NCBI GenBank assembly: GCA_002269645.1
Contig: NIVC01000266.1
Span: 124,001-188,000 of the forward strand
Length of the DNA stretch: 64,000 nucleotides
Origin: Macrostomum lignano
Taxonomy: Eukaryota
Direction: 5' to 3'
This document shows positions 52,801-64,000 of this stretch, piece by piece. The position numbers were made by a program, and so were the translations under genes. Under the pieces are notes generated by a model. It made no database searches. It was not told the DNA's origin and saw only the letters and a program-made list of their open reading frames with translations. The first letter of the stretch is position 1. Each line of letters opens with the position of its first letter.

Positions 52801-53658
52801 ACTATGGGGATATCTAGCCAATTTGGGATATCTAGCCAATTTGGGATATCTAGCCAATTTAGGATATCTAGCCAATTTGGGATATCTAGCCAATTTGGGA
52901 TATCTAGCCAATTTGGGATATCTAGCCAATTTGGGATATCTATCCAATTAGGGATATCTAACCTATTGGGGACATCTAGCCTATTGGGAATATCTAGCCT
53001 ATGGGGGATATCTAGCGAATTAGGGATATCTATCCAATTAGGGATATCTAGCCATCTGGGGGACATCTAGCCAATTATGGATATCTAGCCATCTGGGGGA
53101 CATCTAGCCAATTAGGGATATCTACCTAATTGGGGATATCTAGCCTATGGGGGACATCTAGCCAATTAGGGATATCTACCTTATTGGGGATATCTAGCCT
53201 ATGGGGGACATCTAGCCAATTAGGGATATCTACCTTATTGGGGATATCTAGCCTATGGGGGACATCTAGCCAATGGGAAATCCAGCAATATGATATAATG
53301 CCCACTAACTCGCTAGTGTAACCTAAACCAGCAGGACTTAGTCTCAGCCACCAGTCCAGCTACTCACCTTCAGATTATCATAGATAAAGTCTAGGCAGTT
53401 CTCGAGCAGGCGAGTCTCAAATTTGATGAAATGCAAGCAGTCGGCCTCCTTCTCCAACTCCTGCGTGCTGTACAGATGAGAATCTGTATTCTCGTCGTAA
53501 ACAACAAAGGTTTTCCGCCATTTTCTCTTGCTCTGATAGACAATCTTGGATAGGGAGCCACCAATATCGAGGGCAAATCGCTGAGCAGTTGGCAGGTCTC
53601 TGAGTACGTCAGCGCTCAGCTCGCTGATGGCAATGCTTGAGCAGTACTCTGAAGTATT
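46831..53658 (-). CDS. PANK4: Pantothenate kinase 4-type protein (type II PanK plus C-terminal DUF89/ARMT1-like phosphatase), at least 766 aa; exons 53658-53368, 52752-52459, 51987-51746, 50379-49923, 48655-48446, 48023-47613, 47226-46831
   Basis: Phase-consistent GT-AG exons (2301 nt). Kinase motifs: [83 protein letters not shown]. Phosphatase motifs: [25 protein letters not shown]. No in-frame ATG in the first exon found. Confidence 0.93.
47315..47560. repeat. 26-bp minisatellite (gtagggtggtgaggtagcttactgta) in PANK4 intron 6
   Basis: Direct inspection. Confidence 0.9.
48135..48415. repeat. About 26-bp minisatellite (cccattctcccatccacttcccgaat) in PANK4 intron 5
   Basis: Direct inspection. 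Confidence 0.85.
48732..49700. repeat. 32-bp minisatellite (gtgtggtctgtaggacttgagcacctgtaact), about 30 copies, in PANK4 intron 4
   Basis: Direct inspection. Confidence 0.97.
49761..49891 (-). mobile_element. 5'-truncated SINE family A fragment (PANK4 intron 4)
   Basis: Matches 2730-2868 (caaccggcgagaggcatta...gtgtacagcg.ccctaacttt). Confidence 0.75.
50440..51690. repeat. 32-bp then 30-bp minisatellite (gtgggattccgaattgtccgca...) in PANK4 intron 3
   Basis: Variant switch at about 51015. Confidence 0.97.
52070..52385. repeat. Degenerate (aatcccatgatccccaatcctaaccta) array in PANK4 intron 2
   Basis: Direct inspection. Confidence 0.8.
52803..53275. repeat. 18-bp minisatellite (ggatatctagccaatttg) in PANK4 intron 1
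   Basis: Direct inspection. Confidence 0.92.
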
Positions 53659-54244
53659 CTGACCAAAGACATTTGGCGAGAGAATTGGAATTAGGATGCT
53701 TATCTAATGTATAAACACATATAGAGGTCAGATAGGATCAACTTTTGGGACCAGGCAGTATCAGGATCCCATCTGACCTCTAATATTCACATAATAGACT
53801 GTTTACATTGTATAGCCATAGCCTAAAATTAGATCTATTAAAAGAAATGGCCAAGCAAATGCAATAATAAGATATTGAAGGACCTTTTAAAGTCAATGCT
53901 ACTATAAAAGTGTGTCTAAAAATATCCAGCATTTTACAACTTGAATAGCAAATCCATGTGTTTTGAATACTTTAATCCACTTACCCTATGACATGATAAA
54001 GGAAAATTTTTATAGTCATTAAAATCAATACCTTATGTTATCAGACATATATGTGCAACTGCCATCCAACCTAGCCAATCTAGTTAGCATAAATTATGGT
54101 TGAGCAACTGCAAAATTGATGTATTTTGGATAGTTTTACCCAAAATTTAATAATAAATAGAAGATTTCTTACTTAATCTTAGAAAAAGTCACAAAACAAA
54201 TTTGCATTTTTGCCAAAACTAAAAGCCAATATAATCATGCTTGG

Positions 54245-54398
54245 GCGCAACCTAAGGATTCACCCGGCCGTTTCTATTGGCAACACACACATGTAAGTCA
54301 CTATTGGACGGAATAGTAGTCACGTGACTGCTCTCAGCCAATAGCGACTTACATGTGTGTTGCCAATAGAAACGGCCGGGTGATTCCCAAGGTTGCGC
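54245..54398. mobile_element. Hairpin MITE with about 60-bp terminal inverted arms
   Basis: Left arm gcgcaacctaaggattcacccggccgtttctattggcaacacacacatgtaagtcactattgg is the near reverse complement of the right arm ccaatagcgacttacatgtgtgttgccaatagaaacggccgggtgattcccaaggttgcgc. Central gtcacgtgac palindrome; second copy at 13822. Confidence 0.8.
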
Positions 54399-55084
54399 AT
54401 GTATGAATATAATTTAAGAGGTTGCACATGCATGTCATTAGTAGTCTTCTAGCTTTATATACCAAAACAAGTGATTTGATTAATTTAGATAAATAAGCTT
54501 TATTTATCCAATTAAAAGTATATAATTTAAGCAAAAAGGTATTTAAAAGCCTTGTCAAATGCACAATACACTCTAATCTCAGACCTAGGTATATAACTAC
54601 ATATGATCATAAAAACATTTTTATGCTTTTATCTACCTTCCTTCAGTTTGTTATCTTTTAAGTAGCAAAAGTAAATACACTCTCATACAATTCAAATTTA
54701 ACTATTTTACAATATGTGAAAGTTAAGTATATCCTACTATGTCCTAAATTAGTCCTACTAATTTTTGATTGACAAAACAAAGATAAGTAGTTTCCTAATT
54801 GAATATGCAATTGATTTATTCCCCTTTAAATATACATCTTTAATTCTTTATTTTTAATGCTAGGAAAACTTGATTATATCATTTAAAGTTAAATTGTAAG
54901 CTAATAAAGTGGGTTTCTTTCAATATGTTTATATATATCTACAAGGCCAGTTTCTCCATTGGAAGAAAAACTTCCATTGCCAGAATTCTATTCCCTAAAA
55001 TCTATTAGCTAAATCCCATCTTCCAAATCCTCTCCAAATCCTTTATAAAACCTCTTAAAAACCATATATGTTTTACCTATTTGC

Positions 55085-55960
55085 AAAAATTGATTGCCAT
55101 TATCTAGACTGTGACTCTCTCATATTTTTTCTCTTTGCTTTGCTCTCTAATCTCTCCTCTCTGCTCTTATTTCTCCTCTCTCATCTCTTACCCTATCATT
55201 TTATCTTTTATTTCATCTCTGTGCTTTTATCTAATGTCCTTTTTACTTTTTCCTTTCTCTCTCCTCTCCTCTCTGCTTTCTTTTCTTGTATCTCTTTCCT
55301 TTCCTCTTTTCTCTCATTTTTCTCTCATCTCTTTCTCCTGTCTCCTCTCTTCTCCTCTTATCTCTCTCCTCTATGCTTTCTTATCTTTTATCTCTCTGCT
55401 TTCTTATCTTTCTCCTTTCTCCTTTCTTATCTCTCTTCACTGCTCTCTTATCTCTTTTCATATATTTCTTTTTCTTTTCTCCTCTTGTCCTCTTGCTTCT
55501 TTTTCTTTTCTCTCCCCTTTTCACTCTCTTCTATTCTATATCTCTTTCACCTCTCCCCTATCTTTTCTGTCCACTTCTTTCCTTTTTTATCTTTAACTCT
55601 ACTCTCTTATTTATTGTCTCTCCTCTACCCTATTCTTTCTTTCTTTTCTTTTTTCTCTTGACTTCAATTTCATTTCTCATATCTCTTATATTCTCTCTAC
55701 CTTTCTTTTCTCATCTTTCCTCTCTCCTCTTTGCCATCCTACCTCTCTTTTCTACTATCTCTTATCTTTTTATTTCTCTCTTCTTTATCTTTTCTTTTTT
55801 TCTTTTAACTTATTCATCTCTTCTTGCCGCTATTCTCTTTTTTATTTCTTTACTTTCTCCTTTTTATTTTTCTTATGTATTCTCATTTAATCTTTTATCT
55901 ACTTTTCCCCTTTGCTTTCCTTTATTCTCTTTTATTTCCTATAAAATAGAAATCTATCAT
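55085..55960. repeat. Pyrimidine-rich (CT) low-complexity tract
   Basis: Direct inspection; explains the Leu/Phe/Ser ORFs. Confidence 0.92.
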
Positions 55961-57588
55961 ATATCATCTTCTTTAAGCTGCAATCCATCAATTTAATCTG
56001 TATTATCTCTATCAAATTGTAGTCAATCAAGACTCCATTTAACCAAGATCTTAAATCTGTCTAAATTAAGACCATACTCTTAAAAGTATGGAAAACACTT
56101 TTTAAATGCTATGCTTTTCATTTTAATATAATCATATTTAAAGAAAACAAATTATATCTCCAAACTCAATATTGTAAGATCTTTCTAGAGCAATATAAAT
56201 CTTTCTTCTCAAAGTTTAAAACTCAAAGAATAGCATTTGAATGGTATGATTTGCCTACCACCCTACAAAAATATATATAGTTGAATTAAAGGGTACCTAT
56301 TGTGGTAGGTAGGTGCCTCCCACTGACAATTTAATTTTGCCCCCCTCTCTGGTCATGTTTTCTGCTGTTTGTCCCAGGTTTGGCCCTCCTTGTCCACCTT
56401 AAGGTGCTGCCCTGACGTCACCCCTTGTCATCTCCCACTCCCTGGTTCTGGCCTTTGCACCCCTTTTTCTGCTCAATGTAACTTTTGCCTATCTTCCCCA
56501 TTTATTTTTTTGCTTGTCCATGTTTAGGCCTATGACCATAATGACCAGAATAATTATCGCCCAAACCTTAATATGATCTTTGTGTGCCATCATATGGCCT
56601 TTCTACTATTATTTATAGCTCAACTTGAGCACCGCCGAAATGTAAAAGTTTGGTCTCTTGCCTCCTCCTTTCTCCATTTTCTATTTGGTGTTTACTTGCC
56701 TAACTCTTAATACTTTAACTTTAGGCTTATCTCTTAGTTTGAATTAAGTTTGCTCATTAAATCAACAACCAGTGGATCAGTTTAGTAACTAATAATATTT
56801 GATTTTTAGTCACCCTTGCGCATTGCCTTGCATCTCAATATTTGTTGTAGGTAATTACAATTTTATCCAGTGCAATTAATAAACACAATTAAACTTAATT
56901 AAACTTAAACTTAAACTTAATACTCGTTACTTAATAAAGACCATAGCTTATCTTAAGTCATTTGGCCATGGGGCGTAAAATAACCAAGTTCTCATCTCAA
57001 AGAAAGCTCTGAGACTTCTGAGTCTCAGAAGTTCTATAATATGTTCTATACATTCTACGTTTTATAATACGCAAATTATAGTGGTGGCAGCGCTACTCTA
57101 CTAGAAGTAATCAGTCAAGCATTCGAGATATATCAATTCAGTGTCTGAGGATCCTATCTGAATGCTCGCGCCTAACGAAGACTGCTTGTCTACAACCGAA
57201 CTACCCTCCCCCAGAATTGAGGACCCTGGCAGTTGGAGTATCAGGAGAAATTTCGTTGAGATTCGTCTGCGCTTAAATTCAATGTTGGATTTAAGCCGGA
57301 TTTAATTCAAATTCTGGATTTAATTCATGCAAATTCAATGTTGGTGGCAATTCAAACTTAAAACCGCCCCACTTCATTGGTATCAGCAAACTAGCCAAAT
57401 TTTTTGCCAATTTTTAATTCTTTTTCTCCCCAACCCCTACCTCATTATGATGGCCACCTAACTTCTTTCTAGGAAACACTCATTAAAATTTAATTGTAAC
57501 TTCAATACAGTTTATTTGCATTGAATATATCTATCCCACTCTAATACTATAGGCCTATATTATATAGTGGCTATAGTCCAGATCATAT

Positions 57589-59934
57589 CACTGGGTAACA
57601 GTTAAAAAATCGTCAGAGTTTTCTCAGCTGATTCAGACTAATTTTGGTGCTCTGAGTCTGAATATCACATTGATTTTGCCTTATCAGGTCAACTTTTTGA
57701 GATACAGCCATACATCTACCTGACAGGCTATGCATATGCTAATACTATAGGGGTCTTAAGTTCCACTTTTGTATCTATGATATATAGGCCCTACATTATT
57801 TTAGTATTATACTTATATGTTATTTAAATAAATATATCATTTATATATTATATTATATTATATATGTTCATCAATATATGGCATCCTGCCATTACTTTCA
57901 GCTTATTGATATGGCTTCGGCTCGATGGTCATGCAGGAATAATCCTGACGTTTTCTGCTATATCTGCGGAGAATACACGTTATCAGTAGATAGGAAGAAC
58001 ATCACAGGATTTGTGAAGCGTGCCTACCAAGCTTATTTTAAAGTCAAGTTGGGTGACCAAGATAAGTCCTGGGCACCCCACACAGTGTGCAAGACGTGCG
58101 TGGAATACCTCCGGCGGTGGACAAAGGGCGCAAAAACTTCACTGAAGTTTGGAATTCCGATGGTTTGGAGGGAGCCATTTGACCATGCATCGGATTGTTA
58201 CTTCTGCGCCATCAACACTACTGGTATCAACAGGAAGAATCGGCATAGCCTCCAGTACCCCGGCCTTCCATCTGCCCGCCATCCAGTTGCTCACTGCGAA
58301 GAAATTCCGATACCAGCATTCACAGAGCTTCCTGATTGTGATGATGAGACCCTGAGCACTACAGATGAGGAAGGAGATACAGAAGACAAATATGAAGCAC
58401 AAGATGGTCCACAGCCTTTTTCACAATGTGAGCTTAATGATCTGGTTCGGGATCTCAGCTTGTCGAAGACTTCTTCCGAGCTGTTGGCCTCGAGACTCAA
58501 AGAGAAAAATCTTCTTGGCGAGGACGCGCGTATTACCTTCTTTCGCAGAAGACATGAGGAATACATGGTCTACTTCTGCCAGGAGGAAGACCTCGTGTAT
58601 TGCCAAGATGTCTCCAGTCTTGTTGTCAAACTCGGCGCTCCTCAATACGATCCAAGAGATTGGCGACTCTTCATTGACAGTTGTAAATGCTCTTTGAAGT
58701 GTGTGCTCTTCCACAATGGGAACCAGTTCGCCTCAATCCCTCTTGCGCATTCGACAACTCTCAAAGAGAAATATGAAGCAGTGAAGTATGTGCTCGACAA
58801 AATCCAATATGAGCAGCACCAATGGATCATCTGCGTCGACTTCAAGATGGTGAACTTTTTACTTGGTCAGCAATCCAAGTTCACAAAATACCCATGCTTC
58901 ATATGTATGTGGGACAGTCGAGACAGAGCCCAGCACTATGTAAAAAAAGAGTGGCCTGCGCGAGAGCAGTTAGTACCTGGAACAAGAAACATTGTAAACG
59001 AACCTCTTGTTGACCAGGAGAAGATATTGATCCCACCGCTACATATGAAGCTTGGGTTAATGAAACAGTTCACGCGCGCTCTGGACAAAGATGGGAGGTG
59101 CTTTAACTACCTGTGCCAAGCTTTTCCTCGACTGACCATTGAGAAGCTGAAGGCTGGCATCTTCGATGGCCCACAGATCCGGCAGCTCATCAAAGACCCA
59201 GAGTTTCAAAACTCCATGAACACGCTAGAGTGCGCTGCCTGGAAATCGTTTGTGCAGGTGGTGAACAACTTTCTAGGGAACACAAAGGCACCAAACCACG
59301 CCAGACTCATCAGCAACATGATAGAGGCCTTCAGAAAACTCGGGTGTTTGATGAGCATAAAGATGCACTTCCTGTTCTCACACATGGAGAAGTTTCCTGA
59401 AAACCTTGGGGCAATGAGCGACGAGCAGGGAGAAAGGTTCCATCAGGACATGCGCCAAATGGAGGAGAGGTACCAAGGGAGGTGGGACGCAGTCATGCTG
59501 GCGGACTACTGCTGGTCACTGAAGAGAGACAACCCAGCAGCTACTCACACACGGGAATCGAAGAAATGCCGATTTATGCCGTGAACTTTGAACTTTTGTC
59601 ATGTACGAGTAACACTTTTCTTATACGAGCTTACTATGATAACACCTTGATCATATCTAATACATTCTGATCAACTTAATAGAGTAAATAAAACTGAATG
59701 AATGTAACTACATAGACTTTTATTTCTTGGGGAAAATGGAAAAACTAGGGGTTTCTTATAATATACAAAAATTTGTTTTATAGAAAATAGTTTTTTAAAA
59801 ACTTTTTGTAGTGAAAAATCCTGACCTGACTGAGCAAAACCAAGTTCATTTTCAGACTCAGAGCATCAAAATTAGTCTAATTCAGCTGGAAAACCCTAGA
59901 CGATTTTTCAAAAAAGATTTTTTGTTACCCAGTG
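57589..59934 (+). mobile_element. Chapaev-type (CMC superfamily) DNA transposon, 2346 bp, structurally complete
   Basis: Termini CACTGGGTAACA...TGTTACCCAGTG, with imperfect inverted similarity extending about 100 bp (e.g. gactaatttt..tgctctgagtctgaa). TAT duplicated at 57586-57588 and 59935-59937. Confidence 0.85.
57878..59584 (+). CDS. Chapaev-like transposase, 568 aa, uninterrupted
   Basis: N-terminal C-x7-C-x2-C...H-x2-C-x2-C...C-x2-C zinc module (CRNNPDVFCYIC, PHTVCKTC, CYFC). Candidate catalytic acids in WRLFIDS, ICVDFK and SDEQGERFHQD. Enclosed by the TIRs. Confidence 0.85.
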   Translation: MASCHYFQLIDMASARWSCRNNPDVFCYICGEYTLSVDRKNITGFVKRAYQAYFKVKLGDQDKSWAPHTVCKTCVEYLRRWTKGAKTSLKFGIPMVWREPFDHASDCYFCAINTTGINRKNRHSLQYPGLPSARHPVAHCEEIPIPAFTELPDCDDETLSTTDEEGDTEDKYEAQDGPQPFSQCELNDLVRDLSLSKTSSELLASRLKEKNLLGEDARITFFRRRHEEYMVYFCQEEDLVYCQDVSSLVVKLGAPQYDPRDWRLFIDSCKCSLKCVLFHNGNQFASIPLAHSTTLKEKYEAVKYVLDKIQYEQHQWIICVDFKMVNFLLGQQSKFTKYPCFICMWDSRDRAQHYVKKEWPAREQLVPGTRNIVNEPLVDQEKILIPPLHMKLGLMKQFTRALDKDGRCFNYLCQAFPRLTIEKLKAGIFDGPQIRQLIKDPEFQNSMNTLECAAWKSFVQVVNNFLGNTKAPNHARLISNMIEAFRKLGCLMSIKMHFLFSHMEKFPENLGAMSDEQGERFHQDMRQMEERYQGRWDAVMLADYCWSLKRDNPAATHTRESKKCRFMP

Positions 59935-61878
59935 TATTAGATGCATGCCCAAACAAAAATTTAATAATTACAAATATATGTCGAAAAAATTGAGTGCAGG
60001 CCCATTCTCAAAACTATGCCAGTGTTGTGATAATAAATGACCTTTTTACATTGTGATAATAAATCACCTTTTTTAAATAGCATAATGGACCCTTTTGGAA
60101 AACAATTTGGCTGATTTTTATGTTTTTTGGCAATATTATTTATAGTAGAAAATTGATACATCCAAAGATTTGTTTAAATGCTTCTTTATGAGCTTAAAAA
60201 ACCCAGAAAGCTTAAGCCTCTTCACATTACCAATTCCAAAACCAGAATTTTTTCTACTTTTCTATCTTTTTTTCTATTTCACAATAACTTTTTTGTGTGA
60301 TTCTATAAATTTCATGCCAGGTGTGCACGCATTTTATTTTCTAAAGAGTGATACACGCCAACTTTTGGCATGCAAGCAAGGCCAATGCATGCTCAAAATT
60401 TTGGGCATATACTACATGATCTGGAGTCCGTACAAAGGAACAATTTCTTCGACATCTATCAGTAAACAGAAAGTTTTTGCAAGGCAAAATGCAATTTCTT
60501 TATTTAGTTAAAATTGAGGTTCAACTATATAGATAAAAGGCTATATATAAAGGATTTTAGGTTTTGCGTTTTTAGGAGCATCAACTTTCGTAAGAAATTG
60601 TTTAAATGCCTTCTAAGCCCAACAGAATGGTCTGTCCAATCCAATATGCTAAAAATTAAAACCACGTACCTATCTACCCGGGTTGACACGTCCCGCGGCT
60701 TTTATATAATCAAAAATCTTGCTAAATTACTGACGACAGTTTGCAAACATTTATTTCTAAGCATCATTCCTTACCAAAATGTTAATAGCCAACCACTTAG
60801 GACATGGGCGTTTCAGGGTTAGTTAGATTCCTCACGACTTCAATGCACTTCATGAAGATAGTTTTTTTATATAAACCAGCTATTCTTCAATAAAGGCATA
60901 GAGCTGAGCTCTATCAAGTTTAGGTATAATAACTCCTGATCTGTAGGGACCACCTAGCCACAAAAGTTAAAACCTACCACATTTGCATAACCAACATGCC
61001 CCAGTGGCCAGTTAGTCTGGCAAAAGTTTTGTGCCTAATACAAATGAGATGAAAAAATCAAAAGAGCATTTGTTATACCCAGTCTAAGAAGTTAATTGTA
61101 AATTATGAGGAGGTGGAATCTACTGTTGTTTTAACTAGGTCTAATAATATAAATTACAAAAGTTTAGGCTATATACTGTTTTTAGTGTGCAATCATTTGT
61201 CTACTACCTTTTTGTCTATTAGCAAATAATAAAACAACCCTTTTTAGCAGATAAATAGGAATAGGATGTGGATCTAAGTTCTACAGTCTTAGGCCCATAG
61301 AAGTATAAAAAACTATTTATAGTTATACTAGGCCTATAATAAAAAGCTCTAAATTTGAAATTTAAGTTCAAATTTTAAGCTCAAAAGCTATAAGGTTTTT
61401 AATTATTCATTATAGGTAATACTAATAGATTTTTTAAAAATAAACTTTTATCTATGTAAAAAATCAAACTTACTCTAGCTAGAATATAGCTAATAATACA
61501 TATAAGAATATGATATCAGAGTAGGCCCTACCATAATCTAATAGCGATGCAATGCAATATACCAATATAGAAAAATCTAGCATAGATAGTGTGGGTACAG
61601 TGAAATGTACCTAAATTTTGTTGGAAATATTTAATGTATATCATAAGTTTTCTAAAGTTTTTGGCATGTCTATACATTTTTAAGTGTTATAACAAGGTAT
61701 TAAACAATCTATTAAAGTGTTATAGACAAAAAATCCTAGACATTTAATAAATGTGGATTTAAAATATTTGTATATAAATATAGAGTAAATGAGTAAATAT
61801 CTTTTGTCCTATTTAAAACATAAACTAATCTAGTTTAAAAAGACAATCTTTTAGAAAGTAATAATATTTTAGATTATA

Positions 61879-62957
61879 TGAGGGGCATACAATATATTTT
61901 GCATAAATGCCTATTATTATGAAATAGTAAAAGGCTATAGTTGTACTACGTATGTCATTTCTTAACATAGTCTATCTAATGCAATGCACTTTTGCCATTG
62001 TCTCTCTAGCTTCTTGATACCCTTTCTAAGTTCTAAGTCTGACTTGGGGCAGTTTCCAATATACTTTCTCTAGCAAAGTGCTATAATAGACAGCAGTGAT
62101 GCTTATCTTTGGAGGGTAGAAATCAGTGTAGATTATTATTTCCTTGCAGTCCTAGAATAGTAAGTTGAAACTTGTTAACAGAGGGACCTGACTTGGCATA
62201 GACTAGTCAGGATTTGTTAGGACCTACCCACTGCATTCATTAGCACTTAGTCTCAGGTAGGAAATGTGGCAAAGGGGTTTCATCATAGTTATAATGTGCT
62301 GCCAGAAACAGTTGCCCATGTCCTCTAATATATCAATGTACATAGTTATATAGGCCACTATTGTTCACTTCTGCTCAGCTATCAGCAGCCTTGGGACCCA
62401 GGGGAGCTAAGTTTCTTTAGTTGCAAATCCTCATAGACAATCTTCTCCAAAAAGCCATAAGAGATACTTGTGGATACCTTCATTTTATCAAATGTGAGCC
62501 GCTAGTCTTTATCCAAAAGGGCCATACATGGTCCATATTCTTTTCTGTTGTCATAGTCAATGGACCCCGAACTGTGTACATCATCTTTGAGGTCATGTTG
62601 TCTAGCAGCAAAGTGGGTAATCCACTTGCTCACTGTGGATCTGTCAGGAGCCAAGTCATCATAGTGTGCTTATAGGTGCTTAGTAGCCAAGCTTTAGCAG
62701 CTTGGCAGTTGATATTGATCCTTTATATAGGAAATGGATGATTGCCCTCTATCTTCATTTTTAATGAAGCTTGGCATCTAGAAAATAGGTGCTTCATTTA
62801 TTATCTAGATAATTAAGAACTGTTAATGTGAGTTGAATAAAAGCTTTAATATAAATAGATGATACAATATACCATCTAGTCCATATATAGAAATAAATGT
62901 TTCTTTGTTTTAATTCAAGCAAGAGCCCCATGTGCAGAATATATTGTATGCCCATCA
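61879..62957 (-). mobile_element. Decayed, internally deleted Tc1/mariner element
   Basis: TA|TGAGGGGCATACAATATATT...AATATATTGTATGCCCATCA|TA TIRs with TA TSD. Minus-strand relics APDRSTVSKW (about 62640), D*RLT (about 62500), WVPRLLIAEQK (about 62370-62400; WVPHEL-like) and GIKKLERQWQKCI (about 61985-62020). Confidence 0.85.
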
Positions 62958-64000
62958 TATTAAATTATATAGATTATATGTCATTGACTATAATAATCTT
63001 AATATAGTTGTTTAAAGTATTTATATGTAGCATACTAAGGGTGATTCCATATAAGTATGGTCATAATAATTTTAGAAGAAATAAAGTAGAACTCAAAGTC
63101 ATACCATTGTAAAAAGTCAAGTTTGAACAATCAATATACATACTTTATTATTTTGTGAATTCTAGGTGCAAATACATTTTTAATGCATTCAACAACATGA
63201 TAAAGAAATATTGTGATTGTAGCAATAAAAAAATGAAAGAACAGGTTTTAAAGCTTAACTGAAAAATTTCTATGTATATAGTATATGCCAAACAATAAAA
63301 TTTCTACAAAAAGATGTTAACCTATGTGGAAACTTTTTGAGTGCAATATTTTAATGATTGAAGAAATTGTATTTTTTATCTAACTTTGTTTGTGTGCTGG
63401 TCATAACTGTTGCAGTCTTAACATATTTTTCTTTCAATTCAGTAACTTTGAGGTATCAATATTATAAAAATATAATAGATTATATGGTGGCTAATGTTTT
63501 TATCTGATTATGCAAGTATTATAATTTTATCTATAGTTTGTTCAACCTTCCAAAGCTTTCCTTTTGTTTTGAAAAGATACAAAAAGTTAATGATGTCTTC
63601 TGCTTAGAAAAATGTCCAAATTTTTATAAAAATGACTTTGCCAATTGATAACATACTAATCCAACATTTTACCATTCATTTATTCTTAGATTGTATATAT
63701 TACACATTTAAACATTTGGCAAAAATTGGCTAATAGGGCAATGGCAAGCAAAAAAATTTTTTTTAAATATGTCCATGTTATCTGGAATGAGCCCTAAATA
63801 TTTTCTATAAATAAGATGTCTTATATTTAAAACTTGTAATAAAACAATTGGTTGCTTTCTAATATATAGCATAGTTATTAGGCTCATTTTAACTTCTAAT
63901 TTATTATTTTTTATCTATCTATGCAATTAATTTTTCAAAGTTTTTAGTTAAAACCATTATAATATTATGTTGAGGCGAAAGGCCTTTTTGTTTCAATAGA

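Noticed and set aside
29645-53275. 6-bp palindromes (GGCGCC, GGATCC, GAATTC, GATATC) inside several array units
   Set aside because: About 1 in 64 hexamers is palindromic, so several hits among about 25 units of 20-35 bp are expected by chance.
27346-53658. KMO plus PANK4 as a cofactor (NAD/CoA) gene cluster
   Set aside because: Only two enzymes from unrelated pathways, separated by unrelated genes on both strands.
57100-57390. Possible LTR end and tRNA-Met primer-binding site (tggtatcag at about 57378)
   Set aside because: Only a 9-nt match, with no paired LTR, gag/pol or polypurine tract.

Overview
Eukaryotic, intron-rich animal DNA. GC-rich exons, short GT-AG introns and a very dense set of tandem arrays resemble a free-living flatworm such as Macrostomum; the organism is my inference, not shown by the sequence. 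By hand-joining exons I can build four recognisable spliced genes: kynurenine 3-monooxygenase (KMO, -, 9 exons), DPY-30 (+, head-to-head with KMO), a two-exon multi-C2H2 zinc-finger gene (-) and a PANK4-type pantothenate kinase/DUF89 phosphatase fusion (-, 7 exons). There is also a small secreted beta-microseminoprotein (PSP94)-like gene (+) and two orphan genes. Mobile DNA comprises an apparently intact Chapaev-type (CMC) DNA transposon with TIRs and a 3-bp TSD, a decayed mariner, two tRNA-derived SINE families, a hairpin MITE and a possible Helitron-like element. About 30 unrelated micro/minisatellite arrays explain most of the ORF track. The best leads are: (1) strongly directional C>T/G>A decay, including CG>TA double changes, in repeats in the AT-rich blocks (RIP-like signature); (2) a PANK4 first exon with no in-frame ATG that fits a start codon donated by a flatworm spliced leader; (3) a private minisatellite in almost every long intron; (4) a cluster of RFX X-boxes upstream of the zinc-finger gene. 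No rRNA, true tRNA gene or CRISPR array was found. All exon structures were derived manually and need RNA evidence.
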